From: Heterodontus francisci
Taxonomy: Eukaryota
DNA: 64,000 nucleotides
Direction: 5' to 3'
NCBI RefSeq assembly: GCF_036365525.1
Contig: NC_090375.1
Span: 34,281,282 to 34,345,281, forward strand
Under the pieces are notes generated by a model. That model worked only from the letters and a program-made list of their open reading frames with translations, made no database searches and was not told the DNA's origin. The first letter of the stretch is position 1. Each line of letters opens with the position of its first letter. Positions 48,820-63,100 of the stretch are shown piece by piece. Made by a program: the position numbers and the translations under genes.

Positions 48820-51800
48820 GTAGAATAGAGATGGCTGGGCAGGCGATGTGTTGCAGCTGTAGTATGTGGGAGCTGGTGGACGCCAGTGCACACCACTGTG
48901 GCCACATCTGCAGGAACTGTTGGCTGCTCAAGGACCTTCGGCTCAGAGTTGATGAGCTGGAGTCCGAGCTGCAGACACTGCGACATATCAGGGAGGGGAA
49001 GTGTTACCTGGTCACTTTCAAGAGACAGTCACACCTCTTAGATTAATTACATCAAATTTGGACCATGGTCAGGGACAGGAGGGTGTGATTGCGAGTGAGA
49101 CAGGTATGGGGATCCAGCATTTAGCTTTGCAGGAGCCTCAGCCAATGCCCTTATCCAATAGGTACAAGGTTCTTGCTCCTGGTGTGGACTAGGACACAGA
49201 CTGCAGGGAGGATGAGTGAACTGACCACAGCACCGTGGTTCAGATTGGCATTCAAGTGGGGGGAGAAAAGAGAAATGTAGTACTAATAGGGGATAGCATA
49301 GTTAGGGGAATAGATAGAGTTCTCTGGCGCAAAGCCAGGGAGTTCCGAAGGCTCTGTTGCCTACCTAGTGCCAAGGTTAAGGACATCTCTACTGGGCTGG
49401 AGGAACTTGGGAGTAGGAGGGGAAGGATCCAGTCGTCGTGGTCCACATAGGTACCAATGACATAGATAGGGCTAGGAAAGAGGTTCTGCTGAGGGACTAT
49501 GAACAGCGCGGGGCTAAAATTAAAACGCAGAACCTCAAAAGGTAATAATCTCCAGATTACTACCTGAGCCATGTGCAAATTGGCATCCAGTAAATAAAAT
49601 TAGAGAGGTAAACGCGTGGCTCAATGATTGGTGTGGGAGAAATGGGTTCTGATTCATGGGGTACTGGGACCAGTACTGGGGAAGGAGATAGCTGTCCCGT
49701 TGGGACAGGCTTCATTTGAACCATGCAGGGAACAGTGTCCTGTCAAATTGTGTAACTAGGGTTGTAGATAGGACTAAACTAATTAGTGTGATGGGGGGGG
49801 GAAAAAGAAAAGAGAGGTTTCAATTGAAGGGAAGTTTAAAAAAAAAAAATCAAAAACAAAATGAGAGAAAGTGCAGAGATGCAGGGTAGTGAAGAGGCGA
49901 AAGGTAATCAAAAATGTGACAAGAAGGGGCAGAAAATAGCAAAAGAATGAGTAATAATGGTAAAAAGTCAAAGCTTAAGGCTCTTTAATTGAATGCATGC
50001 AGCATTTGTAACAAGATAGATGAGTTGACGGCACAAATAGAAATAAATGAACATGACTTGATAGCTATTACACAGTCATGGTTGTAGGGTGACCAAGACT
50101 GGGAACTCAATATTCAAGGGTATTCGACATTCCGGGAAAATAGGGAAAAAGGAAGAGGTAGGGGAGCTTTAATAAAAGGAAGGTATCAGTGTAGCGGTGA
50201 GTAGTGATATAGGTGCAATAGATCATGATGTGGAATCAGTTTGGGTGGAAATAAGGAATAGCAAGGGGAAGAAGTCACGGGTGGGAGTGGTCTATAGGCT
50301 CCCGAAGAGTTGCCTCACTGTAGGACAAAGTATAAAATCGGGAAATAATGGAGGCGTGTATGAAGGGCGCTACAATTGTCATGGGTGGTTTTTAATCTGC
50401 ATATTGACTGGATAAATCAATCAGATTGGCAGAGGTAACATGGAAGACAAATTTGTAGAGTGCATCAGGGATTGTTACTTCGAGCAATACGTTGCAGAAC
50501 CTACCCGGGAACAAGCTATTTTAGATCTAGTAATGTGTAATGAGGTAGGATTAATAAGAGATCTCATAGTTAAGAATCCTCTAGGGAGCTAGGGATCTCA
50601 ACATGGTAGAATTTCAAATTCAGTTTGAGGGCGAGAAACTTGGGTCTCAAACCAGTGTTCTTAACTTAAACAAGGGCAATTACAGAGGTATGAAGAAAGA
50701 ATTGTCTAAAGCGGGCTGGGAAAATAGACTAAAGGGAAAGTCAGTAGATGAGCAGTGGCAGACTTTTAAGCAGATATTTCACAACACTCAGCAAAAATTT
50801 ATCCTGGTCAAAAAGAAGGACTCGATGAGAAGGATGAACCACCCTTGATTAACAAAGGTGGTCAAGGAGAGTATCCAATCAAAAACTAAGGCATATAAAG
50901 TGGCAAAAACTAGCGGCGGGGCAGAGGATTGGGAAATTATGAACGAGCAGCAGATGACTAAAAAGCTAATAAAAAAGGAGAAAATTGATAAAGTAAATTG
51001 GCAAGAAATATAAAAGCAAACAGCAAGAGCTTCTATGGGTATATAAGAGTGGCTAAAGTGAGCATGGGACCCTTGGAGGATGCGACTGGAGGATTGATAA
51101 CAGGGAAATGGCAGATAACTTAAACCAATATTTTGCATCGGTCTTCACAGTGGAGGACACTATAAAACATCCCACAGATATCAGATAAGCAAGGAACTTA
51201 CGGGAGGAAAGATCTTGCAACAGTCTCTATCATGAGGGACAAAGTATTTGACAAACTAATGGGAAGGTAGACAAGTCGCCAGGATATGATGGCCTGCATC
51301 CAAGGGTTTTAAACAGGAAGTTGCTGCAGAGATAGGAGAGGCATTGGTCAAAATATTTCAGAACTCATTGGATTCCAGGAGGGTTCCAACGGAATGGAAA
51401 ACTGCTAATATGACACCCCTGTTCAAGAAGGGAGCCTCACATCGGTCATTGGGAAAATGCTCGAGTCCATTATTAAGGAAGAAATGGCAGGATATTTAGA
51501 AAAGCTTAATGCAATCAAACGGAGTCACATGGTTTTGTGGAAGGGAAATCACATTTGACAAATTTGCTAGAGTTCTTTGAGGATATAACAAGCAGAGTTG
51601 ATAAAGGGGAACCGGTAGATGTCGTGTATTTGGATTTCCAGAAGGCATTCGATAAGGTTTCACATAAAAGATTATTGCACAAGATAGGAGCTCACAATAT
51701 TGGGGTAACACATTAGCATGGATTGAGGATTGGTTAACTCACAGAAGACAGTCAGGATTAATGGGTCTTTTTCAGGTTGGGAAGACGTAACTAGTGGAGT

Positions 51801-52790
51801 GCCACAAGCATTAGTCCTAGGGCCTCAATTATTTACTATCTTTATTAATGACTTGGAGGAGGGGGCGAGTGCAATATATCCAAATTTGCTGACAATACAA
51901 AAATAGGAGAGAGGACAGGTGATGAGGACATATGGAATCTGCAAGGGGATATCGATAGGTTGAGTGAGTGGCAGATGGAGTTTAATGTAGGAAAGTGTGA
52001 GGTCATGTACTTTGGTAGGAAGAATCAAAAGGCAGATTATTTAAATGGAGAGACTCCAAAAAAGTGCAGCACAGAGGGATCTGGGTGTTCTTGTGCATGA
52101 AACACAAGTTAGCATGTAGGTGCAGCAAGTAATTAAGGTGGCAAATGGAATTTTGGCCTTTATTGCTGGGGGGAGTGGGGGGGGGGGGGGGGGGAAATTG
52201 GAGTTTAAAAATCGGGAAATCTTGTTACAACTGTACAGGATGTTGGCAAGGCCGCACCTTGAGTACTGTGTACAGGTTTAGTCCCTGTATTTAAGAAAGG
52301 ATATACCGGCATTGGAGGCAGTTCAAAAGAGATTTACTAGGCTGATTTCTGGGATGAAGAGGTTAACTTATCAAGAATGGCTAAACAGGTTAGGCCTTTA
52401 TTCATTAGAGTTTAGAAGAATGAGGGGTGATCTTATTGAAGATTCTGAGGGGGTAGATGTTAAGATGTTTCCACTAGTGGGGGAAATCATGAACTAGGGG
52501 ACATAGTTACAGAATAAGGGATGCTCATTTAAAACTGAGCTGCGAAGGAATTTCTTCTCAGAGGGTAGTGAATGTCGGAATTCTCTACCCTAGAAAGTTG
52601 TGGAGGCTAGATCAAGTATTTAAAGAGGAGGTAGATAGATTTTTGAAATAATCGGGGAGTTGAGGGCTACGAGGAGCTGGCAGGAAATAGGAGTTGAAGT
52701 CTGGGGCAGATCAGCCATGACCTTATTGAATGGCTGGGCAGGCTTGAGGGGCCGAATGGCCTATGCCTGCTCCTATTTCTTATGTTCTTA
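48820..52790 (+). mobile_element. Near full-length decayed CR1 (ORF1 Zn-finger/coiled coil/SGNH esterase; ORF2 APE + RT)
   Basis: CCSCSMWE..HICRNC..LRLRVDELESEL; IGDSIVRG; NACSICNK; RT motifs; tail ggccgaatggcct..cctatttcttatgttctta. Confidence 0.92.
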
Positions 52791-53789
52791 ACCCCTTCTT
52801 CAACCTTCTGCTACCTCATCAAAAATTCAATTAAATTAGTCAAGCACAATCTGCCTTAAACAAATCCATCCTGGCTCTTAATTAACTTAAACCACGCCAA
52901 GTGCCTGTCGATTTTTTTTCAACCCGACTGTTTCTAAAAATGTTACCCACCAGAGATTAAACTGGCCAGCCTGTAGTTAGATTGGAAGATTATGGCAAGA
53001 CCTTCCCCTATCTACATCCCAGGTTGTTAAATGAAACGGGGATGTGAGCCATCCTGGCAAGGCGACTTACCCACTCTAAGCAGAGCCAGCCTTTCCAGTG
53101 CCTCTTTCCTGTCAATTTTTACCCCATTCATTATCTCTACCATCTCCACTTCTGATATTTTGGTCAGCATCCACTTCCTTAGTAAACACCAAAAGAAAGT
53201 ACTCTAGCCTTACTCCACACCTCTAAGCATATATGGCTCTTTGTCCCCAATCTACCTCTTACTACCCACTTACTATTTACATGCCGGCAGAAGATGTTTG
53301 GAGTTCCATTTACATTAACTACATTTAACCCTCAGCATAACTTTCTACTCGTTTCCATAGCTTCTCATTAAATGCATCCACCTTCTGTAAAGAAAAAAAA
53401 ATCTAGCACGCCCATTCACAGCCTAGAGTCAGCCATGGCTCTGTGGTTACATTCTTGTCTGACTTAGAAGGTCTTTTAGTCAGAAGGAGACTTTCAAGGA
53501 GGAGATGGTTCGGATACAGAGTAAACACACATTCCCATGGGGAGGAAAGGTAGGGCATCCAAAAGCTAGAGCTCCCTGGATGATAAAGATAGACATGAAA
53601 ATGAAACAAAAAGGGAGGCTTCTGAAGAATATAAACTGAATGCTGGAAATAATCAGTAGGGTAGGCAACATTTGTGAAGAAAACATCCTTTCCTTTTCTC
53701 TCTTTGCAGGTGCTGCCTGACCTGAGTATTTCCAGCATCCACAATGTTTTGCCTTTGGTTTATGGTAAATGCCCAGTGCATAATTCAGT

Positions 53790-54365
53790 AGAGAACTAAG
53801 CTGAATGCAAAAGGTATGGGGAGAACTGATAAAGTAAACAAGAGGGGCAAAGAGTATGAGAATAGATTAACAGGCAACATAAAAGAGAACCCAAAAAGAG
53901 TCCTTTCCAAACAAATAGTAAAAGGATAGTCAAAGGCAGGGTTAGGCTGATTAGGGACCAATAAGTACACTGCAGTTTTCATTGAAGAGAATGCTGCCAA
54001 TGTCACATTAAAAAGGAGGTAGCAAAAAAAATTGGATACAATGAAAATAGAAGTATTTAAAAGGTCAGCAGTGCTCAAATGAGAAAAGCCACTTAGTCCA
54101 AATGAGATGCATCCTAGGTTGCTGAGAGAAGCAAGGGTGGAAGTTGCATAGGTTCTGGCCACAATCTTACAATTTGTCTCAGATATGGAAGTGGTGCCAG
54201 AAGACTGGAGATTTGCAAATGGTACACCCCTGTTCAAAAAGGGGGAGGGGAATAAATGCAGTAATTAAAAGGCCAGTCAGCCCAATATCAGTGATGGAGA
54301 AACAGAATCATGAATCGGCACCTGGAAAAATATGGGTTGATAAATAAAAGCCAGCAAGATTTAAA
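53790..54365 (+). mobile_element. Decayed CR1 ORF2 fragment
   Basis: gatgcatcctaggttgctgagagaag..ccagaagactggagatttgcaaatggtacacccctgttcaaaaa (MHPRLLRE..PEDWRFAN.TPLFKK). Confidence 0.7.
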
Positions 54366-54903
54366 GGCAATTTTTTTGTACACTAGTGGACTACCACGTT
54401 TCCTATATTAGTGACTTTCCCTCAAAAGTACTTGGCTGGCTGTAAAGCATTTTAGAATGTCCAGAGGTGAACAGTGCTACATAAATGCAAGTCAGTTTTT
54501 ATTCTAATTATTGTAACCTATAATCAAGTTTTTCTTTCATATTGAAAACAGTACTTAATACTTGGGGTTGCATTCCAATACTGAAGATTAAATTATTTCA
54601 CATACAGTATGTACCTTGGCTTATAACCAATTTCCCAAAAGAAATGTGTAAAAAGTTATAAAATTTGGGGGGGTGCAGTGGTGGTGGAGGAGGAGAAAAG
54701 GAAAATCCAAGATCTTGTCCCAAGTTTATACAAATGCAAGATCCCCCCCCCCACCCCCCCGAACTTTAATAGGGTACTTTTGGCCCTAAATACATTTCAT
54801 GCCTATTTAAAAAAAATGAAAGTGAAGATTGACAGTTTATATTTTGGCCACATGGCGGTCAGAAATACAAAACCAATCCAGGACATCAAGAGCTGCTACA
54901 AGT

Positions 54904-57900
54904 TGTAGTGGATCATATGGAATTAGCTGAGCTAGTGTATTATGATAGCTAAGCATTGATAGTCACTTTATTCCTCTGCCTCTCTGCTGCCCTGTCTGTT
55001 GAGGACATGTAAATAAAAAGTTGGATAATGTTGCTTACAGTAAAACCTCACTAAGATTTGCTCAGCGAATAAACAGAAAGATGGTGGCATGGATGGGATT
55101 GATTTTTTTTTTTAAAAAACATTCATTCAAGAGATTACAGCCTGAAGAACATTCTGATACACTTTTTGGAACTTCCAAAGTCAATTGAGGAAGCTTGAAC
55201 AATTTGAAAGATTGCTGTGATTGTATCTGTAGCACAGTACGCAATTGATAAAAAAGGCACTGAAGACATTTTGGGACAATGGGGGAATTCAACCCAAAGG
55301 ACTGATGTAATTATGAAGGAAGGTTACACATTTGATTGCAAGCTAATAAAATAGGGGATGAGGATAAAGTGAATGATTTCCTCACCATGATGGAGCCAAA
55401 TGCTTTTGCACGGAGTTGCATTTCGTGGAAGGAAGCAGTTGCCAAGTGAATATTCTGCAGATTATATTCTTGAATTAAAAACACTCTCGTCACTGTGGTT
55501 ATGGTACAAACTTAGAAGTCATCCTTGCAGTCACATTTGTTGGAGGTCTAGTAGTACAACCCAGGCCAAGCTTTTGAGTAAAAGGCAGTAAGCTAACATG
55601 GAGGGAGGCCTGCGATAAGGCCACAGCCATGGAAATGGCAGGAAGAGAGTCAGAAATTTAGACACTACTGTTGCCATGGTATCCACCAACCATCTAAATG
55701 CCTCCATTTCCAGTCAAACAGCTATGCCTGTGGGAAAGCTGGTCATATCCAGACAGCATGCAGGAGTAGAGGAAACAGTAAAGCACCAGGTCACAGCTGT
55801 GGTAAACCTTAAGGTAATTCAGGAGCCATGACGTTCTCAAATGCACATATGGTAGATATGGAAACAGAAGTTGATGGTATTGAACAGGAAGATAAAGAGT
55901 TGTATTCAGTCAGAGAGCAAGAAAAATTGCACGTGCAAGTTGAGAAAAAAAAAGGCTGAAGATATAATTCCAGCGCCCACAGTAAAAGAGAAAGTCAGAG
56001 ATTCACAACTTACTTTCATTGTTGATTCATCTGCAGCAGTGTCTGTTATCTCAGAAGGAGAGTACAAGAAAGCCCTAAGTCACATTTCCTTATGCAAAAC
56101 TGCTGTCAAACTGACTAGCTATTCCAATAAGTGTTCGGTTAGGTTAGTGTGAGGATGCATCATCGTATTCCACCCTATTACTTGCTATCGGTAGTAGGAG
56201 GGAACAAAGTCTCCCTGAAGGGAAGAAATTAGCCTAAGAAAATAGTTAAACTGGGCAGAGTTATTTACAGTAGGGATCAGTAAGAGTACGTCTGACATTG
56301 AGGAACTGAAGACTGATTCAATTTTAGCCAATGAGTCACCTGTGAATTACTTTATATACATAAATGATGTGCCAGTGTCTGCTAGAGAAATTTTGAAGAA
56401 ACTTGCAAGGAGGTGATGCTCAGTAAAGTACTCAATTATGTTATGAATGCCTGGCCTAAAGAGAGTGTGCTGAAGAGAAGCTGCAGGAATATTTCATGTG
56501 TAGAAGTGAACAGAGTGTAGATCAAGGCTGTCTCCTATGGGGTTTCAGAGTTATTATGCTGCCAAGGTTCAGAGAGAGATTGTTAGGAGGAACTTCAACA
56601 GCACACAGGGATAGTCTGTATGAAAGCAGTAGCAAGCAGCTATTTTTGATATCCAAAAGGTAGAGATATTGAAGAGTGGTGAAAAAGTTGTGAAACGCAT
56701 CTCAGAATAAGAAGTGATCCAACCAAGGTTCCTTTCAATCCATGGTCAAACACAAGAAAACCATGGGCATGAGTACATGTTGATTGCTTTGAAGTAGAAG
56801 TGAAAAAGTATATTGTTTTGGTCGATAGGTATAGCAAGTGGATAAATATTGAGTCTATACCCAATACCACAAGTGCCAAAATGATTTGAGGTTTTGAGAA
56901 GTCGGTTTGCAATTTATGGGTTGCCAGAAGTATTGGTGTCAAATAATGGTCCAGTTTACATCAGAAGAGTTTGAAATATTTCTGAGCAAGAATGGAGTCA
57001 AGCACACTAATACCACCATATCACCCAGCATTGAAAGGTGCTGCAAAAAGTGTAAAAATTGTGACCAGGTCTTTGCAGAAACATTTGCTAATGTCCAGGT
57101 CTCTCTTCGAAACAGGCTAGACAATTTTCCATTCTCTTACAGAATATCGCCACAGTCTGCAACAGATTGCTCACCTTACGAGTTAGTGTTTAAATATGCT
57201 CCTAGGACAAAGGTTTATTTTGCTTAAGCCTGCTGTCAATAACAAAAAAAATCAGAGAAAAGCAAGACAGAAGCAGAGTCATGATATTCGAGGCATGAAA
57301 CTTAGAGTTCAGTGCTGGTCAGAAGCAGAGGCGATAAAGGAGAAATGTGTGTTTGGAGTTGTTGTAAAAAGACTAGATGCATTCACATATCTAGCGAGAA
57401 TTGGAGAGACTGTCAGCGTCATATAGATTATTTGCTTCAAAAGAGGAAATCGGACAAAGGAAGAGCAGGAGAAACCTCCTATAGTCCAAATACTTTCAGA
57501 CTGTAGGAAAGTGAAAAAGTCACAAAGAAACTGAAAGTTCACCCATATTATAGAATCCACTAGTAGAGCAAAATGAGTCACGGTCAATTTCACTATCCCA
57601 ACCATTAAATGGAGTTGGTAGTCAAAATCAAAGTTTAGGGTCGACACAGTTTGAGATGTTAGGAGAGCAGAGTCAAGCTAATGGAAATGGAAGATACCCA
57701 GTGATGGAAATCACACCTTCCAAATGGAAACTTATTAATTTTGTCATATGGGACACTACTTGAAACTTTTTTTTTTTTAAACTGGACATTGCAAAGGACT
57801 GAGCCACTGAAAACATGGCTGCACATTTGCATGCTGAGACACATGAATTGAGACACAATGGGGGTGCTCCTTGATTCAATTAACAAGATTGGTCTGGACA

Positions 57901-59070
57901 ATGGTGATGATCAAAACACAGACAGCTTTTGACTTGGAAGAGACAAAACTCCACCCCACCCCCCCCCCCCCCCCCCACCCCCCACCCCCCACCCCCCGAG
58001 TATGTCTGGGAGGCTCTGAAATCCAACAACCCTCCCAGAAGTTGCTGTTTCAAACAGATGGTCACATGACCTACCTGCTGGTAAGACTGGGATTTCTTAT
58101 TTTTGAATTGTGCCTCAAAACGAAAAGACTGCAATTCGAACACCAAGGAGAAGATGTCTCCTTCTCGCCAAGTCCCAGGTTAACCACAGCGGCAGCTTTT
58201 ACACTTCAAGACAATAGACAAAGCCTTTCTTCGGCCTTCTGGTACCAGAGAATCAAGCTTGAAATTGTGTACTGAGGCCCAGTGAGTATTCCAAGACCTT
58301 AACTTCAATTGAGGACATTACTGAATAACCCAGTAACTGAATTTCATTGATGACAAACTCTACTCCAACTTCATGCGAGTGGGGGTTGTGTCACGTATTT
58401 TAGTAATTTTAAACAGGTTAGAGAGTAATAAAGGCCAATAAAATTGCATCCTTCTTGTTTAAACCTAAAAAGGCCTGTCTGATTGAAATGTAAATGAACC
58501 AGCAAACAAGGGCTCACCTGGGGGGCGGGGTGGCGGGGGGGGGGCGAAGCTAAAATTACTGTTTTAACATATAAACCCTGTTATGGCCAAACCAGGAACG
58601 GGGCAAGAGGGGAGCCAGAGACCCCTTCCTCACCCGGTCATAACACCCAGACAGAGAAAGAGAAAGAAGCCAGATAGGTTAATTGAAAGTACGTATGATG
58701 CAAGAAATATGTTGTGCTTTTCATAAAGCAAAGCATCATCTGACAATAAGATGTACCGTGTTAAGGAAAAACAATTTATGCAAGTTTCTTGAAATATTGG
58801 TTATATGTTTTAGTTGTGATTACAGTAACAAGCATGCAACCCAATCTGTTAAATTTCAGGGTATTGTTCTGGGAAATTATGTTTGTGTTCCATTTTACAT
58901 TTACGTATTGTATTGAATTGGCTGAGCTAGTGTATTGTAATAGCTAAGCATTTGTATACTGCCTCTCTTGAGGAGGGGGGGGTGCAGGGGAGGAGGAGGG
59001 GTAAATTAAAAGTTGGACAATGGCTGCTTACGCTAAAACTTCATTTTAAGATTTAGTCAGTGACTACACA
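54904..59070 (+). mobile_element. Gypsy/Ty3 LTR retrotransposon, decayed, RT/RNaseH absent
   Basis: Direct repeats ~54904-55075 and ~58909-59070 (TG..CA; gaatt.gctgagctagtgtatt..tagctaagcatt); gag LTWREACDKATAMEMA, knuckle (S)YACGKAGHIQTAC, protease FIVDSSAAVSVIS, integrase VDQGCLLWGFRVI, HTGIVCMK, VHVD, VDRYSKW, FTSEEFEIFLSKNGVKH. Confidence 0.85.
57657..58645. mobile_element. Solo LTR nested in the Gypsy pol 3' end
   Basis: TGTTA...TAACA termini; removing it rejoins LR|PRQRKRKKPDRLIE, a typical pol C-terminal basic motif. No clear TSD. Confidence 0.65.
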
Positions 59071-59797
59071 AGACAAATTAATGTGGTCAGAAAGGATAAC
59101 TGTCTGCTCATTCATCCATTCCAGTGCTTGTGTTAGTTTTACACAACTTGTACAAACAAATTGGCTTTCAGAAGTTGAATAACTAGCTTTTTTTTGGCTA
59201 GTTTTCAGCCATATCTAAGCATTAAATCCTTTAATCTACATATAATACTTTAGCGACAGGAAACAGTTATACTTTTAGGAGATTCTCTAATGTTATTTGA
59301 TCTAGTGAAAATATAAAAGTGCAAGCTAAAAAATTCTAATTTCATTCCAGTTATGTACAGTGCTGGAAGTTGAAGATTCCTAAAAAGCAGTGTCCATAGC
59401 TACACTAATATGTAAAAATGAAGGGCAGTGTATTGGTGTACAGGTGGCTCCAGCTGTTCCCCTTCGACACCACCATCCAGACGGAACAGAAGGCTAATAT
59501 TTCCGGCCCTTGTGGTTGTTCAGAGTACAGGAAAAGTGAATTGTTCCAGGGTAACAAAATAAGCCAAATTTCCTGATGGGATGCAGAGCATTGATTAGAC
59601 CAAGTGCAACAAGTTACTAACGTTGTTCCTTGGCAGTTCAAAGGCATGGTATCACACTACCACTACTAAATACACCAGGGGGATGTATAAACTGATCTGT
59701 GGACCGCATGCCACCCTCAATCCATAGCAACCTTGTACTTCTAATTTATCAGTAGTTAGTTCTATTAGGATTTGGTGGGTTTAGCTATTCATATCTT

Positions 59798-60152
59798 TAG
59801 AATCACAGAATGGCTATAGCACAGAGGGAGGCCATTTGACCTGTTATGTCTGTGCCAACTCTACAAGACCAACTCACGTAGTCCTACTCCCTTGCCTTTT
59901 CACAGTAGCTCTGCAAACTTTTCTCTTCAGATAATTATCCACTTCTCTTTTGAAGGCCTTGATTGAATCAGCCTCCACCACACTCAGGCAGTGCATTCCA
60001 GATTCTAACCACTCTGCGTAAAAAAGTTTTTCCTCATGTTGCTGCTGCTTCTTTTACCAATCACATTAAAAATCAATATCCTCTGGTTCTGGATCCTTGG
60101 GACAATAGGAACATTTTCCCCCTTTGTACTCTGTCCAGATCCCTCATGATTT
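59798..60152 (-). mobile_element. CR1 3' fragment
   Basis: agaatcacagaatggctatagcacagagggaggccatt tail; RVQRGKMFLLSQGSRTRG. Confidence 0.75.
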
Positions 60153-60159
60153 CGTTGTG

Positions 60160-63100
60160 CAGCTTTTCCAGGAGCACAGGCATTGCGAGCGAGGAGTGAA
60201 CAGCTGGGAAGTCAATGTCATCAGGAGTTTCGGTGGAGCAGGGACTGCTGGGTAAGTAGAAACCTATATATTTGGGCTGTTTCTGAACCCGAGACACTAC
60301 TCTTGTAGTGTCTCCCACCCGCCCTCCTCCTCTTACCAAAAGAAAAGGACTTGGTTGTGTGTAGGTAAGGTAAGGCTTTTTCTATTTCTCTTCTTGTTTT
60401 ATCGTGTGATTGGTTAAAAACTTGGGAATTTAGAATAGTGGGAATGGAGGTTAAGGCAGTTGAATGTTCCTCCTGCAGAATGTGGGAGGTAAGGGTCGCC
60501 AAGGGTGTCCCTGCTGACTGCATCTGCGGGAAGTGCACCCAGCTCCAGCTCCTCGAGGACCGCGTTAGGAAACTGGAGCTGGAGCAACTTCGGATCATTC
60601 GGGAGGCAGAGGGGATTATTGAGAGGAGTTATCGGGAGGCAGTCACACCTCAGGTAAAAGAAGAAGGTAGATGGGTTACAGTCAGGGGAAGGAGAGGGAA
60701 CCAGCAGGCAGCGCAGGGATCCCCTGTGGCCGTTTCCCTCAACAACAAGTATACCGTTTTGGATACTGTTGGGGGAGACGACTTACCAGGGGTAGGCAAT
60801 GGGATACAAGTCTCTGGCGCAGAGTCTGTCCCTGTTGCTCAGAAGGGAAGGGGCAAGAGGAGCAGAGCATTAGTTATTGGGGACTCCATAGTTAGGGGAA
60901 CAGATAGGAGGTTTTGTGGGAACGAGAGAGACTCACGGTTGGTGTGTTGCCTCCCAGGTGCCAGGGTACGTGATGTCTCAGATCGTGTTTTTGGGATCAA
61001 GGGGGAGGGGGAGCAGCCCCAAGTCGTGGTACACATAGGCACCAACGACATAGGTAGGAAGACAGATGGGGATTTAAGGCAGAAATTCAGGGAGCTAGGG
61101 TGGAAGCTTAGAGCGAGAACAAACAGAGTTGTTATCTCTGGGTTGTTGCCCGTGCCACGTGCTAGCGAAGGTGAGGAATAGGGAGAGAGAGGAGTTGAAC
61201 ACGTGGCTGCAGGGATGGTGTAGGAAGGAGGGTTTTGGTTTCCTGGATAATTGGGGCTCTTTCTGGGGTAGGTGGGACCTCTACAAACAGGATGGTCTTC
61301 ACCTGAACCAGAGGGGTACCAATATCCTGGTGGGGGGGGGTTTAAACTAATTCAGCAGGGGGATGGGGACCTAAATTGTAGTTCCAGTGTGCAGGATGTT
61401 GAGAGCAGTGAGGTCAGGGATAAGGTTATAAGGACACAAGAGGGCACTGGCAAGCAAGAGCTTGGTTTAAAATGTGTCTACTTCAACGCCAGGAGCATCC
61501 GGAATAAGGTGGGTGAGCTTGCAGCATGGGTTGGTACCTGGGATCTCGATGTTGTGGCCATTTCAGAGACATGGGTAGAGCAGGGACAGGAATGGATGTT
61601 GCGGGTTCCGGGATTTAGATGTTTCACTAAGAACAGAGAAGATGGTAAAAGAGGGGGGGGGTGTGGCATTGTTAATCAAGGAAAGTATTACAGCGGCAGA
61701 AAGGATGTTTGAGGACTCGTCTACTGAGGTAGTCTGGGCCGAGGTTAGAAACAGGAGAGGAGAGGTCACCCTGTTGGGAGTTTTCTATAGACCTCCAAAT
61801 AGTTCCAGAGATGTAGAGGAAAGGATAGCAAAGATGATTCTTGACAGGAGCGAGTGTAACAGGGAGTGGTTATGGGGGACTTTAACTTTCCAAATATTGA
61901 CTGGAAATACTATAGTTCGAGTACTTTAGATGGGTCAGTTTTTGTCCAGTGTGTGCAAGAGGGTTTTCTGACACAGTATGTAGACAGGCCAACCAGGGGC
62001 GATGCCACATTGGATTTGGTACTGGGTAATGAACCCGGCCAGATGTTAGATTTAGATGTAGGTGAGCACTTTGGTGATAGTGATCACAATTCGGTTAGGT
62101 TTACCTTAGCGATGGGCAGGGACAGGCATATACAGCAGGGCAAGAATTATAGCTGGGGGAAAGGAAATTATGATGCGATTAGGCAAGATTTAGGATGCAT
62201 AGGATGGGGAAGGAAACTGCAGGGGATGGGCACAAATCGAAATGTGGAGCTTATTCAAGGAGCAGCTACTGCATGTCCTTTGATAAGTATGTACCTGTCA
62301 GGCAGGGAGGAAGTTGTCGAGCGAGGGAGCCATGGTTTACTAAAGAAGTTGAAGCGCTTGTCAAGAGGAAGAAGGCGGCTTATGTTAGGATGAGACGTGA
62401 AGGCTCAGTTAGGGCGCTTGAGAGTTACAAGCTAGCCAGGAAGGATCTAAAGGGAGAGCTAAGAAGAGCAAGGAGAGGACACGAGAAGTCACTGGCGGAT
62501 AGGATCAAAGAAAACCCTAAGGCTTTCTATAGGTATATCAGGAATAAAAGAATGACTAGAGATAGGTTAGGGCCAATCAAGGATAGTAGTGGGAAGTTGT
62601 GTGTGGAACCGGAGGAGATAGGGGAAGTGTTAAATGAATATTTTTCGTCAGTATTTACAGTGGAGAAAGAAAATGTTGTCGAGGAGAATACGGAGATACA
62701 GACTACTGGGCTAGATGGGATTGAGGTTCACAAGGAGGAGGTGTTATCAATTTTGGAAAGTGTGAAAATAGATAAGTCCCCTGGGCCAGATGGGATTTAT
62801 CCTAGGATTCTCTGGGAAGCCAGGGAGGAGATTGCAGAGCCTTTGTCCTTGATTTTTATGTCGTCATTGTCGACAGGAATAGTGCCGGAAGACTGGAGGA
62901 TAGCAAATGTTGTCCCCTTGTTCAAGAAGGGGAGTAGAGACAGCCCTGGTAATTATAGACCTGTGAGCCTTACTTCGGTTGTGGGTAAAATGTTGGAAAA
63001 GGTTATAAGAGATAGGATTTATAATCATCTTGAAAAGAATAAGTTCATTAGAGATAGTCAGCATGGTTTTGTGAAGGGTAGGTCGTGCCTCACAAACCTT

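Noticed and set aside
59410-59760. Possible exon or old LINE remnant
   Set aside because: No convincing splice sites or recognisable protein motif.
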